A DNA stretch of 64,000 bases from an uncultured virus (IMG/VR IMGVR_UViG_3300037297_000328) (IMGVR_UViG_3300037297_000328), one strand, 5' to 3'. Counted from the stretch's first letter, positions 1-10,321 are shown. The notes: generated by a model from the letters alone, not told the origin. Translations and numbers: made by a program.

Positions 1-1
1 C

Positions 2-115
2 GGCTACTTTGGGCCACAGATGGAAATGGCCGTAAAAGCGGCGTTTGGTGTCTCCCAAATAAGCTACATGGAATTTTTAAAAATTAAACTGAAATATGAC
101 TCTACATACTATTAA
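2..115 (+). CDS. 3' end of a gene with a peptidoglycan-binding-like motif (partial)
   Basis: Frame 2 reads GYFGPQMEMAVKAAFG...STYY*, matching the DG.FGP.T..A motif also present in the next ORF. Confidence 0.55.
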   Translation, partial: GYFGPQMEMAVKAAFGVSQISYMEFLKIKLKYDSTYY

Positions 116-123
116 AATAAAAA

Positions 124-573
124 TTGAGAGAAATGAATAAGAAAAAAACATTAATAATAATCGGAGGATTAGTTGCGACCGGAACTGCAATTTATTTTAT
201 TTTCAGGAAAAAACCTGCATCAAAAGTAGGTGCTTTTATCCGAAAAACAGAAGATAAATTGTCATCTATTACAGGTACTTCAACTGCATCATTACCATCA
301 AGTAGTACGACTAAGATTACTTCTGTAAATATTGGGGGGCAAAAAATTACAGCACCAACCGGAGGAACACTTGGCCGTGGCTCTAAAGGCGAGGATGTGA
401 AGAATCTTCAAACTTTGCTAAATGCAGTGTATGGGGCAAATTTACAGGTTGATGGCATATTTGGTCCTTTAACCGAGGCTGCCCTTGTGGATGCTACCGG
501 CAAGACAGAATTAACAAAAGCGGATGCTGAAAAGTTAATTCAGGCGGCGGCGGCATCAATGGGCTTAGGTTAA
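124..573 (+). CDS. N-terminally membrane-anchored protein with PG_binding_1 domain
   Basis: TM LIIIGGLVATGTAIYFIF; LGRGSKGEDVKNLQTLLN...VDGIFGPLTEAAL. Confidence 0.85.
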   Translation: MREMNKKKTLIIIGGLVATGTAIYFIFRKKPASKVGAFIRKTEDKLSSITGTSTASLPSSSTTKITSVNIGGQKITAPTGGTLGRGSKGEDVKNLQTLLNAVYGANLQVDGIFGPLTEAALVDATGKTELTKADAEKLIQAAAASMGLG

Positions 574-606
574 TATGCTAATTTCTAATTTCTAATTTCT
601 ATTATT

Positions 607-783
607 ATGGACGAAGATTTATCAACATTCGATAAACTACTTGGTAACGAAGGGCTGAAAGTTGACGTAACGGCAAATCTTTCACCTGATATATATGCCA
701 AGCTATTTATAACTATAGCAGGCTCAATTATTATATCAAGCTTTGCTGTAACACTGATAAAAAATGTCATGGCTAAGAAATAG
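607..783 (+). CDS. small C-terminal TM protein (58 aa, not in ORF track)
   Basis: MDEDLSTFDKLLGNEGLKVDVTANLSPDIYAKLFITIAGSIIISSFAVTLIKNVMAKK; fills the gap in the operon. Confidence 0.7.
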   Translation: MDEDLSTFDKLLGNEGLKVDVTANLSPDIYAKLFITIAGSIIISSFAVTLIKNVMAKK

Positions 784-895
784 TCTGTTATTCTTATTCT
801 TAGCTGTTTTTTATTCTATCAACGATTTGGCTATAACAAAAACAGCCAAACGAATAAATAACAGAATTGTTTTTTTAATTGATGAACCGAAAAAA

Positions 896-1534
896 ATGGC
901 AGATTTTGCACCAATTTTTAAAAAGACAGAAGGATGGGAAGGCGGATATCAGAATTATCCCGAAGATAAAGCTAATTACACCAGTTCGGGTGATTTAGTC
1001 GGTACCAACAGAGGTATTTCTGCTATTGCATATGAGCAATATCTTGGACGAGAGCCTTCGGAATATGAAATGAGGGCTATAACGCAGCAAATTGCCGAAG
1101 TAGTCTACCGAAAACTTTTTTGGAACAAAATACGTGGCGATGAAATCAAGGACCAGGACGTAGCCGATATTATTTTTGCGACCTACATTGGCAATCCTGC
1201 AAAAAGCAATAAGATAGTGCAAGCGGCATTGGCAAGCCTTTACTTTGATGTGTCGGTATCAACACCTTATTCTGATGATGTAGTAAAAGCTATAAATAAA
1301 GCAAATCCTAAAAAGCTTTTTTACGCAATAAAAGAAGAAAAACGTATTTTTTTGGAAAGCCTGCGTGCAACATACCCGCAGTTTATCAATGGATGGATGC
1401 GTAAACTAGAAAGTTTTGAATACGGAAGTAAAAAAAAATGGATCATTATATCGGTAATTATAATTGCCTGTTTAGCAGGTGGATACGTGATGTACCGAAA
1501 GGGTCATTATAAAAAAATTAAAATACTAAATTAA
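896..1534 (+). CDS. GH108-family lysozyme with C-terminal TM anchor
   Basis: EGGYQNYPED...GTNRGI...YRKLFW motif and GWMRK; C-terminal WIIISVIIIACLAGGYVMY; likely start at MADF. Confidence 0.85.
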   Translation: MADFAPIFKKTEGWEGGYQNYPEDKANYTSSGDLVGTNRGISAIAYEQYLGREPSEYEMRAITQQIAEVVYRKLFWNKIRGDEIKDQDVADIIFATYIGNPAKSNKIVQAALASLYFDVSVSTPYSDDVVKAINKANPKKLFYAIKEEKRIFLESLRATYPQFINGWMRKLESFEYGSKKKWIIISVIIIACLAGGYVMYRKGHYKKIKILN

Positions 1535-1539
1535 AAGAT

Positions 1540-1794
1540 ATGGCAAGTATAGCTGATTTGGTAGGGATTACTGTAAAAACTGTAATAAACGACACAAGTA
1601 CTATCGATAATGGATTTCAATGTGCAAGTTTATCTAATTTGGGAAGTGCAAGTGCTACAATTACACAAAATGGACAATCTTTTATATTGCCATCTGGCAG
1701 CACATTTAATTTTCCCGTACGCGAAGGCAATAAATCGTGGTATGGATTAAGTATTGTTGCTACAACAACAACCGTTCAAGTCGTTTATTTTTAA
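1540..1794 (+). CDS. small beta-rich putative virion protein
   Basis: 84 aa ORF in structural operon. Confidence 0.5.
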   Translation: MASIADLVGITVKTVINDTSTIDNGFQCASLSNLGSASATITQNGQSFILPSGSTFNFPVREGNKSWYGLSIVATTTTVQVVYF

Positions 1795-1800
1795 GATAAT

Positions 1801-2310
1801 ATGATGAAATATTTCGGATTAAGTGGTGTCTTAGACAATAGTATAACAAATGCGAAATTAGCCCAGGTAGCGCAAAATATAATCAAAGGCCGTGTTTCGG
1901 AAGGAGCAGGAAATGTTGAAGACTTGACAGTGGCGCAAGTTAGGACATTGCTCGCCGTTGCTTATCAATCAATGACCGATGCATTTGCATTTGGAGGCCA
2001 AGCGCATAGTGGAAATCATGTAGAAACTTTTGCTGCCAGCAAAACCTTTAATGCCAATAATGGTACAAATCAATATATGTTAGTGTCAGGTGATTGTACG
2101 ATTAATATTAGTAACCTGAATAGGGGGGTTATGACTATCAAATTAAAAAATTCAGGGGCAGGGCATACGGTTACTATTGGAAGTAGCTTTGGTGCCCCAA
2201 TGGATGATATTGTAGAATTAAAGACTGAAGATGGTGATACTAATACTATCATGGTCATTAGAGGAGCAGATGATACTTATGAATACACAATTAACGGTAG
2301 AACAGTTTAA
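1801..2310 (+). CDS. putative spike/fibre protein
   Basis: DNSITNAKLAQVAQNIIKGR...EDLTVAQVRTLL fibre-type repeat; N-terminus MKYFGLS shared with 3642..4406. Confidence 0.55.
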   Translation: MMKYFGLSGVLDNSITNAKLAQVAQNIIKGRVSEGAGNVEDLTVAQVRTLLAVAYQSMTDAFAFGGQAHSGNHVETFAASKTFNANNGTNQYMLVSGDCTINISNLNRGVMTIKLKNSGAGHTVTIGSSFGAPMDDIVELKTEDGDTNTIMVIRGADDTYEYTINGRTV

Positions 2311-2335
2311 TTGTTAATTATAAAATTTTAAAATT

Positions 2336-2914
2336 ATGAAAATAACATTTCCAAAGACAAAAGCTATTTACGGCGGCGATTTATTTGAATTATATTATAA
2401 AATTGCCGTTGTAGAAGGCGACAATATTAATAAAACTCAAGACAATGGGACGGTAACATTGTCTGGTGATTACGAGTTAACAATATCTGAAATAGTAGAT
2501 ATTCTGATCGCGGGCGGCGAAGTAGAAGAATATCTGATGGCTATTAAAGCTGATATTGACATTCTTGGCGATTTATTGCCAGATATAGAGGACTTAGGAG
2601 CAACCCCACCAGTTCCTGAATTACCTAATAGGATTACGATAGACAGCACTGGCACAGAGGAAATCCGAGCCTTTAAAAACTGGTTTGGACAGAATTGTTC
2701 TGTGGTTAAAAAAGATGATGATACTAAAATCTATTTTACATCAAATCCTGTTGGGACGTCCGTTTCTCAATATCTAAAGGGTAGTCAGTTAAGAGCTTTA
2801 TTTCAATCATACGGCGGTGCAAGCCCTACAATTGTAGATAGAAATCTATTGGTAAAGACGATTACTGATTATGAAGCAGAAATTGCTTCTGGTTGGACAG
2901 AAATAATATTTTAA
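2336..2914 (+). CDS. hypothetical protein
   Basis: 192 aa ORF in operon. Confidence 0.6.
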   Translation: MKITFPKTKAIYGGDLFELYYKIAVVEGDNINKTQDNGTVTLSGDYELTISEIVDILIAGGEVEEYLMAIKADIDILGDLLPDIEDLGATPPVPELPNRITIDSTGTEEIRAFKNWFGQNCSVVKKDDDTKIYFTSNPVGTSVSQYLKGSQLRALFQSYGGASPTIVDRNLLVKTITDYEAEIASGWTEIIF

Positions 2915-2917
2915 TTT

Positions 2918-3580
2918 ATGTTAAATACACCTACGGGTTTATTAGCTCCGAAAGTTGGTGGAAGAATACCTACTGATGGATTAGTTGTTTATTACAAATT
3001 TGATAATGATTTGCTAGATAGTAGTGGTAACGGGTATAATGCTGGAGCATCAAATATAAGCTATGTAACAGATAGGCACAGTATAGCAAACGGAGCACTA
3101 AGATTTGACAATGCGTTAGGCTCCATACTGACCTGTCCTACTTTCCCTGGTCTATCCACAGAAGGTAGTCTAGTACTATGGATAAAAAACGACTATAATA
3201 CACCCCCAGCGGCTTCAGTTGCAGGAGGACCCGCACTTGCTCCCGTAATAGATGACTGTCATTACCCTTATACTAATGGAAAGGGTTATTTTTACACTCT
3301 TAGAAATGTAGCTAGTGGCAGGGTTAATAATGTAACATTATCAGCTGTAGATAGAGCTAATTGGCATATGTTAGCAATAACTCAAACACCGGGTACAAAT
3401 GGATATAAGATATATCAAAATGCATCATTAATATATCAAACAAATGGAGCGTCAGGCATACATATAAACGATACTAAGAATTTATTAAGTCGTAGAACAA
3501 TAGCTGAAGTGGATGACTATATAATCTATGACAGGGTGCTAGCACCAGAAGAAATAACAGGGATCTATGATTTAGGTTAA
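2918..3580 (+). CDS. LamG/concanavalin A-like lectin domain protein
   Basis: GLVVYYKFD..LLDSSGNG, WHMLAIT, VDDYIIYDRVL..EEI..IY. Confidence 0.9.
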   Translation: MLNTPTGLLAPKVGGRIPTDGLVVYYKFDNDLLDSSGNGYNAGASNISYVTDRHSIANGALRFDNALGSILTCPTFPGLSTEGSLVLWIKNDYNTPPAASVAGGPALAPVIDDCHYPYTNGKGYFYTLRNVASGRVNNVTLSAVDRANWHMLAITQTPGTNGYKIYQNASLIYQTNGASGIHINDTKNLLSRRTIAEVDDYIIYDRVLAPEEITGIYDLG

Positions 3581-3641
3581 GATTAAACTAATCAAAATTT
3601 AAAATATATGCCAGGTGATATACCAATTTTAAAACAATTTT

Positions 3642-4406
3642 ATGAAATATTTAGGGTTAAGTAGTTATGCATTACAGGGAGGAATTGCAAATATAACATA
3701 TGCTACTTTTGCCAATTTGCCTACTGTAGGTAATTCAAACATGCTGTATTATGTAATAGCCACCGGTTCATTTTATTACTGGAATGGGTCTGCTTATGTC
3801 TCCACAAGTTTTTCGGTACCTTCGGGTGCATTGACTAATGACATTACAAGTGGTGCCGGGTGGGATGCTGATACAAACGATCCTGAAATTGTTTCCGGTA
3901 CGGGAAATCAAGGAGATTTTGCAATTGTTTCAATAGCCGGCACTACTACAATAGATGGCATATCATCATGGCAGGTAGGCGATTATATATGGTATGATGA
4001 TGACAACAGTGTTTGGCGAAAAATTGATAACCAAGTAAGTAACCAGCAATTTGTAATAGAAGTTGCTTTAAGCAATATTGATGCAGATATTGAAGCAGTT
4101 GCAGGAGTGGCAAAATTCCCGATACCCGAAGATTTAACGTTTGTTGGTGCCTTTGTAAATGTTACTACTGCGCCCGTGGGCAGCGATGCTGTTTGGGATG
4201 TAAATATAACAGGTGTTGGAACTATTTTGAGTACAAAAATAACAGTAGAGGCCGGAGAAACATCGAGCCTTACTGCTACTAATCAACCGGTATTTTCAAC
4301 TACTGATTACAATCAGGGCGATGGCGTAACTGTTGATTGCGATCAGGAGGGTGCAAGCACGCCAGGCCAAAATGCAGTATTAGTATTAATTTATACAAAA
4401 CGATAA
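3642..4406 (+). CDS. putative spike/receptor-binding protein
   Basis: TFANLPTVG...YYWNGSAY and WDADTNDP...AGTTTIDGISSWQVGDYI...WRKIDN fibre modules. Confidence 0.65.
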   Translation: MKYLGLSSYALQGGIANITYATFANLPTVGNSNMLYYVIATGSFYYWNGSAYVSTSFSVPSGALTNDITSGAGWDADTNDPEIVSGTGNQGDFAIVSIAGTTTIDGISSWQVGDYIWYDDDNSVWRKIDNQVSNQQFVIEVALSNIDADIEAVAGVAKFPIPEDLTFVGAFVNVTTAPVGSDAVWDVNITGVGTILSTKITVEAGETSSLTATNQPVFSTTDYNQGDGVTVDCDQEGASTPGQNAVLVLIYTKR

Positions 4407-4409
4407 GAT

Positions 4410-4880
4410 ATGTACTATTACAACAATGAAATAAAGAAAAAATATCCAAGAAAAGATATAAAGGAAAAAATTGAGGGGCTAAAAGGTACATATTATAAGC
4501 TTATCGACCAAATTCCTGAATTTAATGAGATTACACAGAGCATTGTAAAAGATAAGATTGTTAAAACTAAAAAAAAATATCAAAATATTTCACATTTAAA
4601 AATCGCTTATCAAACCTATAAAGTAATCGATAAACCAGAAAGCCAGGTAATTTCAAAATTTGAACAGAAATTTGGTCAATGGCTTGATGAAATTTATCCA
4701 ATTTGGAAACGCCAAAAACATGCACTAGAAAGCGCTTTAAGTAATGGACAGCGAAAAAAAAATGCAGATGACTGGCGCAATTGGGAAATGTCTCAGCGAG
4801 AATTATTAGAGCAAAAAATAATTGATAAAGATTATACTTTTAGTTTTAAAATACTTGATGACATTAAGCAGGAAAAATAA
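4410..4880 (+). CDS. hypothetical protein
   Basis: 156 aa ORF in operon. Confidence 0.55.
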   Translation: MYYYNNEIKKKYPRKDIKEKIEGLKGTYYKLIDQIPEFNEITQSIVKDKIVKTKKKYQNISHLKIAYQTYKVIDKPESQVISKFEQKFGQWLDEIYPIWKRQKHALESALSNGQRKKNADDWRNWEMSQRELLEQKIIDKDYTFSFKILDDIKQEK

Positions 4881-4890
4881 AAGAAAATAT

Positions 4891-5964
4891 ATGTATATAG
4901 TTGACCAGCATGATGCCGAATCTTTTGTAATCACTACTGACCAAACTACTTTACAGACAGTTGGTATTACGCTTGTTTTTTTATCAGGTGTGTTTATGGT
5001 AGATTGGGGGGACGGTTCAGCGGCAGAACATTTTACAAGTGGAATTGAAAAAACTAAAAATTATGCTAGTACAGGAACCTACGAAATTAAGATTTCAGGT
5101 TGTTTAACAAAAATAACTCAGTTTATTGCTGACAATAGCCGGATAACAAGTATTACCGGATTAAAAACGGGATTATTAACTTTATTTAGATTAGAAAATA
5201 ATCTTTATTCCGGCAATTTAGATTTAAGTAGCGCTCCTGTAAGCAATTTTGTTTATTTATTTGGAAATTCATCTATGTCGGGAGTTACATTCGCTAGTAG
5301 CGGTAATGGGGTTGTTGAAAGAATGTGGATAGATCAGTGTGGCTTTACTAGTTTAGATTTCTCTAATATTACTATAATTGGATCACTCAGAGGTTATTCT
5401 AATACATCTTTATCAAGCGTAACAATATCTGCAGCTTCTAATGTATTTTCCAGTGTTGATTTTAATAATTGCAATTTATCAAGTTTAGATTTCATAAATT
5501 CTACTGTTAACGGGACGCTTGATATTAGCTCTAATCCAAATTTTTCATCTTTAATTATTGGGTCCGGAACTATTAGCACACTATACTTGGATAACTGTAA
5601 TTTATCTAGTTTAGATATATCAAATCTTACGCTTTCTGGATTTGTTTACTTATTCAACAATAGTTTATTATCAAGCTTAATACTGCCTGCTAGTTCAGCG
5701 TCTTTGACTAGATTTTGGGTTCATGGCTGCTCACTCACAAATATAGACTTCTCAATATTTTCAACATCCAATGGCGTCAATATTCGATTAGAAAATAATT
5801 CTATGTCATCTACGGAAGTAGATGACCAATTAATTAATCTTGATAATGTAGGATGGATTAATGGAATAGTTAATATTTCAGGAAATAATGCAGCAAGAAC
5901 AGTCGCAAGCGATACAGCTTATAATAATTTAGTGGCAAATGGATGGACAATAACAGTTAATTAA
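4891..5964 (+). CDS. PKD-like plus leucine-rich-repeat protein
   Basis: VDWGDG...YASTGTYEIKISG followed by L..CNLSSLD repeats. Confidence 0.8.
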   Translation: MYIVDQHDAESFVITTDQTTLQTVGITLVFLSGVFMVDWGDGSAAEHFTSGIEKTKNYASTGTYEIKISGCLTKITQFIADNSRITSITGLKTGLLTLFRLENNLYSGNLDLSSAPVSNFVYLFGNSSMSGVTFASSGNGVVERMWIDQCGFTSLDFSNITIIGSLRGYSNTSLSSVTISAASNVFSSVDFNNCNLSSLDFINSTVNGTLDISSNPNFSSLIIGSGTISTLYLDNCNLSSLDISNLTLSGFVYLFNNSLLSSLILPASSASLTRFWVHGCSLTNIDFSIFSTSNGVNIRLENNSMSSTEVDDQLINLDNVGWINGIVNISGNNAARTVASDTAYNNLVANGWTITVN

Positions 5965-5971
5965 AATTAAA

Positions 5972-6331
5972 ATGAAAAAACTAATAATAATACTATTTCT
6001 ATTACCTGTTTTGGCTTTTAGCCAGGAAAGCAAGTTAAACATACCAAAAGATAAAATCTTACATACATCAGTAAGCGGTGTTTTGGCAGAGGCCTGCTAT
6101 GTGCCTTATTATTGTAATAAATGGGATTTTGGCACAAGTACACGCATGTCGTTTGCTGTTTTTACAACCAGTTCAATGACAAAAGAAATGATTGATGCTT
6201 ACAGTGGTGGACGATTTTCTTTTGAGGATATTGGCTTTAATGCAATAGGATGGTTATTTACCGTTTCGGTAAACTATGGGATTCATAAAATAAGAATGAA
6301 AAAATACAATAAAAAACATAAAAACAAATAG
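5972..6331 (+). CDS. YfiM/DUF2279-like secreted membrane protein
   Basis: Signal peptide; DKILH..VSG, KEMID...GRFSFEDIGFNAIG. Confidence 0.6.
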   Translation: MKKLIIILFLLPVLAFSQESKLNIPKDKILHTSVSGVLAEACYVPYYCNKWDFGTSTRMSFAVFTTSSMTKEMIDAYSGGRFSFEDIGFNAIGWLFTVSVNYGIHKIRMKKYNKKHKNK

Positions 6332-6350
6332 AATTTTAATTTAATTTTTT

Positions 6351-7121
6351 ATGGATGTTCAAAATGATTTATTAGCTATAATTGCAGCAATTGGAGGATT
6401 AAGTGGTATTATTTCGCCAATTATTGTCGGAATATTTAATTCGCGCGCAAAAAGAAATGAGCAGGAATTTAAGCTAAAAATGGACGAGCGGGATAAACAG
6501 CGGGACGAAGATTTAAGGATTAGGGACGAAAAAGCACAGAAGAAAATAGAAGCAATTATTTTGGCGCTAAGTGAAAAATTTGGTTCTTTGGAACAAACAG
6601 TTAATAATATGGATAATACGGTCCAGGGATTAGTGTCGGAACGGGAGCTTAAAAAAAAGTTCTCAAAATATACTACAGGAATTATTGATGAAATTGTAGA
6701 AAAAAACTTTACATTGCAGGATTTTTATAAAAACGCGCTTAATTCCTGGGGTTATTTAATGAAGGCGTTTTTATGCAATTTCCATAGCTCACCCAGCCGA
6801 TACGATGGCAAACAAGACCGTCGAAGACTGGTAGCAGACCAAAAAAGGCGCGTTTATACTGCATTTGAAAAAATGCTTGATACTAATGATGTTATCAGAT
6901 TGTATAAAGGTGATAAGGTTAAGTTTTCTCAATTCTTACGAAAAATGAATGCATATGCAAGCTTTGAGTCGTTGTGCCTTGATTTGGAACGTAACGGGCT
7001 TGAAAATAACGAATTAATTGAAAAGTTTGGCGATCAGGTAGATAAATTTGCAGAATTAATTATTACCAGTTCGATTACGTGGAAAAGCTTGGATGAAAAT
7101 AAAATAAGAGAAAGTGCCTAA
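6351..7121 (+). CDS. N-terminal TM plus coiled-coil protein
   Basis: LLAIIAAIGGLSGIISPIIVGIF then charged helix. Confidence 0.6.
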   Translation: MDVQNDLLAIIAAIGGLSGIISPIIVGIFNSRAKRNEQEFKLKMDERDKQRDEDLRIRDEKAQKKIEAIILALSEKFGSLEQTVNNMDNTVQGLVSERELKKKFSKYTTGIIDEIVEKNFTLQDFYKNALNSWGYLMKAFLCNFHSSPSRYDGKQDRRRLVADQKRRVYTAFEKMLDTNDVIRLYKGDKVKFSQFLRKMNAYASFESLCLDLERNGLENNELIEKFGDQVDKFAELIITSSITWKSLDENKIRESA

Positions 7122-7509
7122 GAAAAAAAATAAACTTGAGCAATTGAGGCTATTGCGCGAACAGCAATCGGTAGATATGCCAAAATTTTTTTTTGACCGC
7201 AATGTGATTACGATTACCGGACGTGCGATGCCTGAATTTGCCGGGATGGCCTGGGCTCCACTCCTTGAGAAAATAGATGATTTTGTGAAAGGAAAGAAAA
7301 ATATTGTCTTTAATTTTAATCTGGATTATTTTAACAGCGCCAGCAGCCGATATGTAACCGACTTATTTAGCCGCCTTGAAAAATTATGGCCATCTACGCA
7401 TACCGAGGTCAATTGGTTTTTTGATGCTGATGACGAAAGCACTGAGGCGCATGCCGAAATCTACAAAAGCATACATCAGAAATTGAAATTTAAAATTCTG
7501 GAACGATGA
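7114..7509 (+). CDS. SiaC/DUF1987 family protein
   Basis: ITITGRAMPE, FNLDYFNSASSR, VNWFFDADDE. Confidence 0.8.
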   Translation: MPKKKNKLEQLRLLREQQSVDMPKFFFDRNVITITGRAMPEFAGMAWAPLLEKIDDFVKGKKNIVFNFNLDYFNSASSRYVTDLFSRLEKLWPSTHTEVNWFFDADDESTEAHAEIYKSIHQKLKFKILER

Positions 7510-7581
7510 CATATATATTTGCATAAATAAAATAAGTTCATTACTTTAGATGATTCAAAACAGTGCAGTAAAGGCACGAAT

Positions 7582-7617
7582 AAAAAAAGAGCCTTTGCGA
7601 TAAACAAAGGCTCTTTT
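7582..7617. terminator. bidirectional intrinsic terminator
   Basis: aaaagagcctttg-cgataaa-caaaggctctttt between convergent operons. Confidence 0.75.
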
Positions 7618-7790
7618 AAGAACTCCTCCCCTCTCTTATCCTATAAATAACGAGACAATACACCATCCGATAATTGCCAGTAATATCCATAGGAAAATAC
7701 CGATTGCAACCTCGATAGTCCTGGGAAAAATATTAAATCTTTTAAATATTAGATTTTGAAATGCTGTAATTAAATAGTTTTTCATTTAAG

Positions 7791-8015
7791 TTATTTTAAT
7801 TTGTCGTGTATTAGTTTAAAATAAAATTGAATTAACGATTTCATGTAATGAATGCTTGCAAACATCTGCAGCGATTGCTCCATCATTTTACTTAGTGGTT
7901 TTTTACCACTCAAGACTTCACTAAGATGATCTGGTCTGCACCCTATGGCATTTGCCAGGTCTTTTTGTTTAATTTTATGGCTTTTTAGCCATTTTTTGTA
8001 AGCTTCTATGTCCAT
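7791..8015 (-). CDS. XRE-family helix-turn-helix protein
   Basis: IKQKDLANAIGCRPDHLSEVLSGKKPLS; start reassigned to MDIEAY. Confidence 0.85.
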   Translation of the reverse strand: MDIEAYKKWLKSHKIKQKDLANAIGCRPDHLSEVLSGKKPLSKMMEQSLQMFASIHYMKSLIQFYFKLIHDKLK

Positions 8016-8016
8016 A

Positions 8017-8529
8017 TTATTTATGTATTTCTCCTCCGGTAAGCTCGCATAAGAACTTAAATACCATCTCCAACTCAGGGTTTCTAAACGCATATGAGAG
8101 GTAATCCTTTGGATTATTATAGTGGTAATCATTTAGCCTGATATGTTCCCTGCATGCCCTTTCAGTTAAAAAGGCATTTCTGTAAACCTTCTCTTTATCT
8201 TGATAGATTTTATCATAACCCATTTCTTCCATTATCTCATTTCTTTCCCATTCATCCATGTCCTGGTACATCTCTTCATGGATATCGGAATCAATATCCC
8301 ATTCTTTATATTCAAAAATGGAATCTTTTATTTCTTCATCGGTTTCAATTAAACCGCCATCCATATGCCATGCTATTGTGCCACATCCTTCTGGTACACA
8401 AATCGTTTCTTCTGTCTGCACCTGAAAAAAATAAGGCATCCGGGTGCCTCTATGGTCTTGGCTATTTAATTCTTTGGATGTCTCCATTAAAAAGTCATAC
8501 ATTTCATCTGATACTTCTATTGTTTTCAT
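8017..8529 (-). CDS. phage hypothetical protein
   Basis: 170 aa; QDHRGTRMPYF...AFLTERAC.EHI..N.YHY. Confidence 0.7.
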   Translation of the reverse strand: MKTIEVSDEMYDFLMETSKELNSQDHRGTRMPYFFQVQTEETICVPEGCGTIAWHMDGGLIETDEEIKDSIFEYKEWDIDSDIHEEMYQDMDEWERNEIMEEMGYDKIYQDKEKVYRNAFLTERACREHIRLNDYHYNNPKDYLSYAFRNPELEMVFKFLCELTGGEIHK

Positions 8530-8536
8530 TATTAAT

Positions 8537-9163
8537 TTACTTTATTATATTTGACATAAAATTATAGCATTTATCAAGGTACTGCTCCGTAGTTTCATTT
8601 TTTTTCCTTTCAATCCTTTCAGTCCATCCAGAATGTTCATATCCTTCCATCCTAAATGTGTAGGTATATTCAAAAAGGATTAAATAACCTAGTAGCACGC
8701 GTGGACTTCCTTTCAGGTAAGCGTTTTCCCTTTCTGGGAAAAATTCTCTCTGTGGATTATAATTTAAATCTAATGAATTAAACTCCTTAAATCTTGTAAT
8801 CTTGTTTATGCTTTTGCATCCTGGATCTTCTATTAATAAATAAGAATTATTTTTTTTAAACCTGAGTTTTTCTTTTAATTTTTCCACTGGTAAAAATTGT
8901 TCCCGCACTAAAAAGTTAAGAAGCAAATAATCAATTTTTTCTTTAATTAAATCATATTCCAGGGGTAGTGTTGTTAGTTCACACGGTTCATTATTAAATG
9001 AATATCCAAAAATGGATTTATTCGTGCCTAAGCGTGTCCATTTTCCTACCCATTCATTAATCTCGATCCCTTCTTTGATTATGTATGATATTACTTCAAT
9101 TAAGAATCCTGTGTCATAATAAATTCTATTGTTTAAAAATTTCTGCCAATAAAATCTTCTCAT
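8537..9163 (-). CDS. hypothetical protein
   Basis: 208 aa ORF in minus-strand operon. Confidence 0.6.
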   Translation of the reverse strand: MRRFYWQKFLNNRIYYDTGFLIEVISYIIKEGIEINEWVGKWTRLGTNKSIFGYSFNNEPCELTTLPLEYDLIKEKIDYLLLNFLVREQFLPVEKLKEKLRFKKNNSYLLIEDPGCKSINKITRFKEFNSLDLNYNPQREFFPERENAYLKGSPRVLLGYLILFEYTYTFRMEGYEHSGWTERIERKKNETTEQYLDKCYNFMSNIIK

Positions 9164-9175
9164 TTTACTTTACTT

Positions 9176-9553
9176 TTATAGTTCAACTAATTTGCGTTTC
9201 TTATCTCTCTTATTATCCAGTCCAATACTAACTGTCATCCCAATCGAGGCAACCATACTCCCATATACATTATATGCAGCACTATTCTTTTTGTTCTGCT
9301 CAAATATACTTAATACAATGCCTGTTAGAATAGAGGCTCCAACACCTATTGCCCTGCACTTATTTTGACTAAGATTTGTTTTTTGAAAACAAATCTCATA
9401 GGCCGCAAAATAAGCGGTTCCGGAAGCAAGTATGCTTTTGCTTACTTCCGGGATAACAATATCCGGCCTGGGTTTCTGAAGCTGTGCGCTCAATTTACAG
9501 CTCCAATGAGCTATAAATATCAATACTGCTATTATTCTTATCCACTTTTTCAT
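9176..9553 (-). CDS. secreted/membrane protein, weakly YfiM-like
   Basis: Signal peptide plus hydrophobic helices. Confidence 0.45.
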   Translation of the reverse strand: MKKWIRIIAVLIFIAHWSCKLSAQLQKPRPDIVIPEVSKSILASGTAYFAAYEICFQKTNLSQNKCRAIGVGASILTGIVLSIFEQNKKNSAAYNVYGSMVASIGMTVSIGLDNKRDKKRKLVEL

Positions 9554-9901
9554 TTCACTCGTCTTTTTTTTCTAAAATTATATAGTAATATTTTCCTCTT
9601 AAAAATGACCATCCGGTCAATATGGAGCTAATTTCTTTCCAACCTTCACCGGTATAGTATAATAAATCCCTTTCTACTGAGTTTTTCGTTTTTCTTTTAA
9701 TTGTTTTTTTCATGATTAAACTTCGTTTTGTTTTGGCTCTTCTTTTTTTGTTATATTAAAACTACAATTTTCACAATAAGCGTCGTGTTGTTCGTCGCTT
9801 TTTGTAGGTTGATTGCAAACCGGGCAATTGTTCTTTGAATTTTCCATATATTTACTTTTAATGATTTTCAATTATCTAACGAATATCTCCTGCTATCTAA
9901 G

Positions 9902-10321
9902 TTAAAAAAGCCTCCTTATTAGTGTCTTCAATAACTTTGTTCTGGTCTTCGATAATTTTATTAAATTCTTCAATATTAAATTCTTGTTTTTTCTTACTAT
10001 TTTTTTGCTCTTGCAGAAAAAATAGTAATCATTGAGTATCTCATCGATATCATCGATGTTAAAGAAGGGTTCACCCTTCATCCACTCAAGTAATTTCTTA
10101 TTTATTTTCCTTTTGGAGCCTTCGAAGTCTTTGGCCTTTATAATTTCAGATTGGTTTACTCGATTTTTAATTGACACGATTTTATTTCTTATCGTATGAA
10201 ATTTATCTGTATCTTTAAAAGCATCTAATTTTTGTTTAGTTGCTATTTTTTTACCAAGGGCTTCAATGGCAAATTGCATTGAGTCAATTATGTCCTCTAA
10301 TTCTTGTACTAATTCCATCAT
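9902..10321 (-). CDS. hypothetical protein
   Basis: 139 aa, overlaps stop of upstream gene (ATGA). Confidence 0.55.
   Translation of the reverse strand: MMELVQELEDIIDSMQFAIEALGKKIATKQKLDAFKDTDKFHTIRNKIVSIKNRVNQSEIIKAKDFEGSKRKINKKLLEWMKGEPFFNIDDIDEILNDYYFFCKSKKIVRKNKNLILKNLIKLSKTRTKLLKTLIRRLF

Noticed and set aside
1801..5964. Diversity-generating retroelement
   Set aside because: No reverse transcriptase and no template/variable repeat pair seen.
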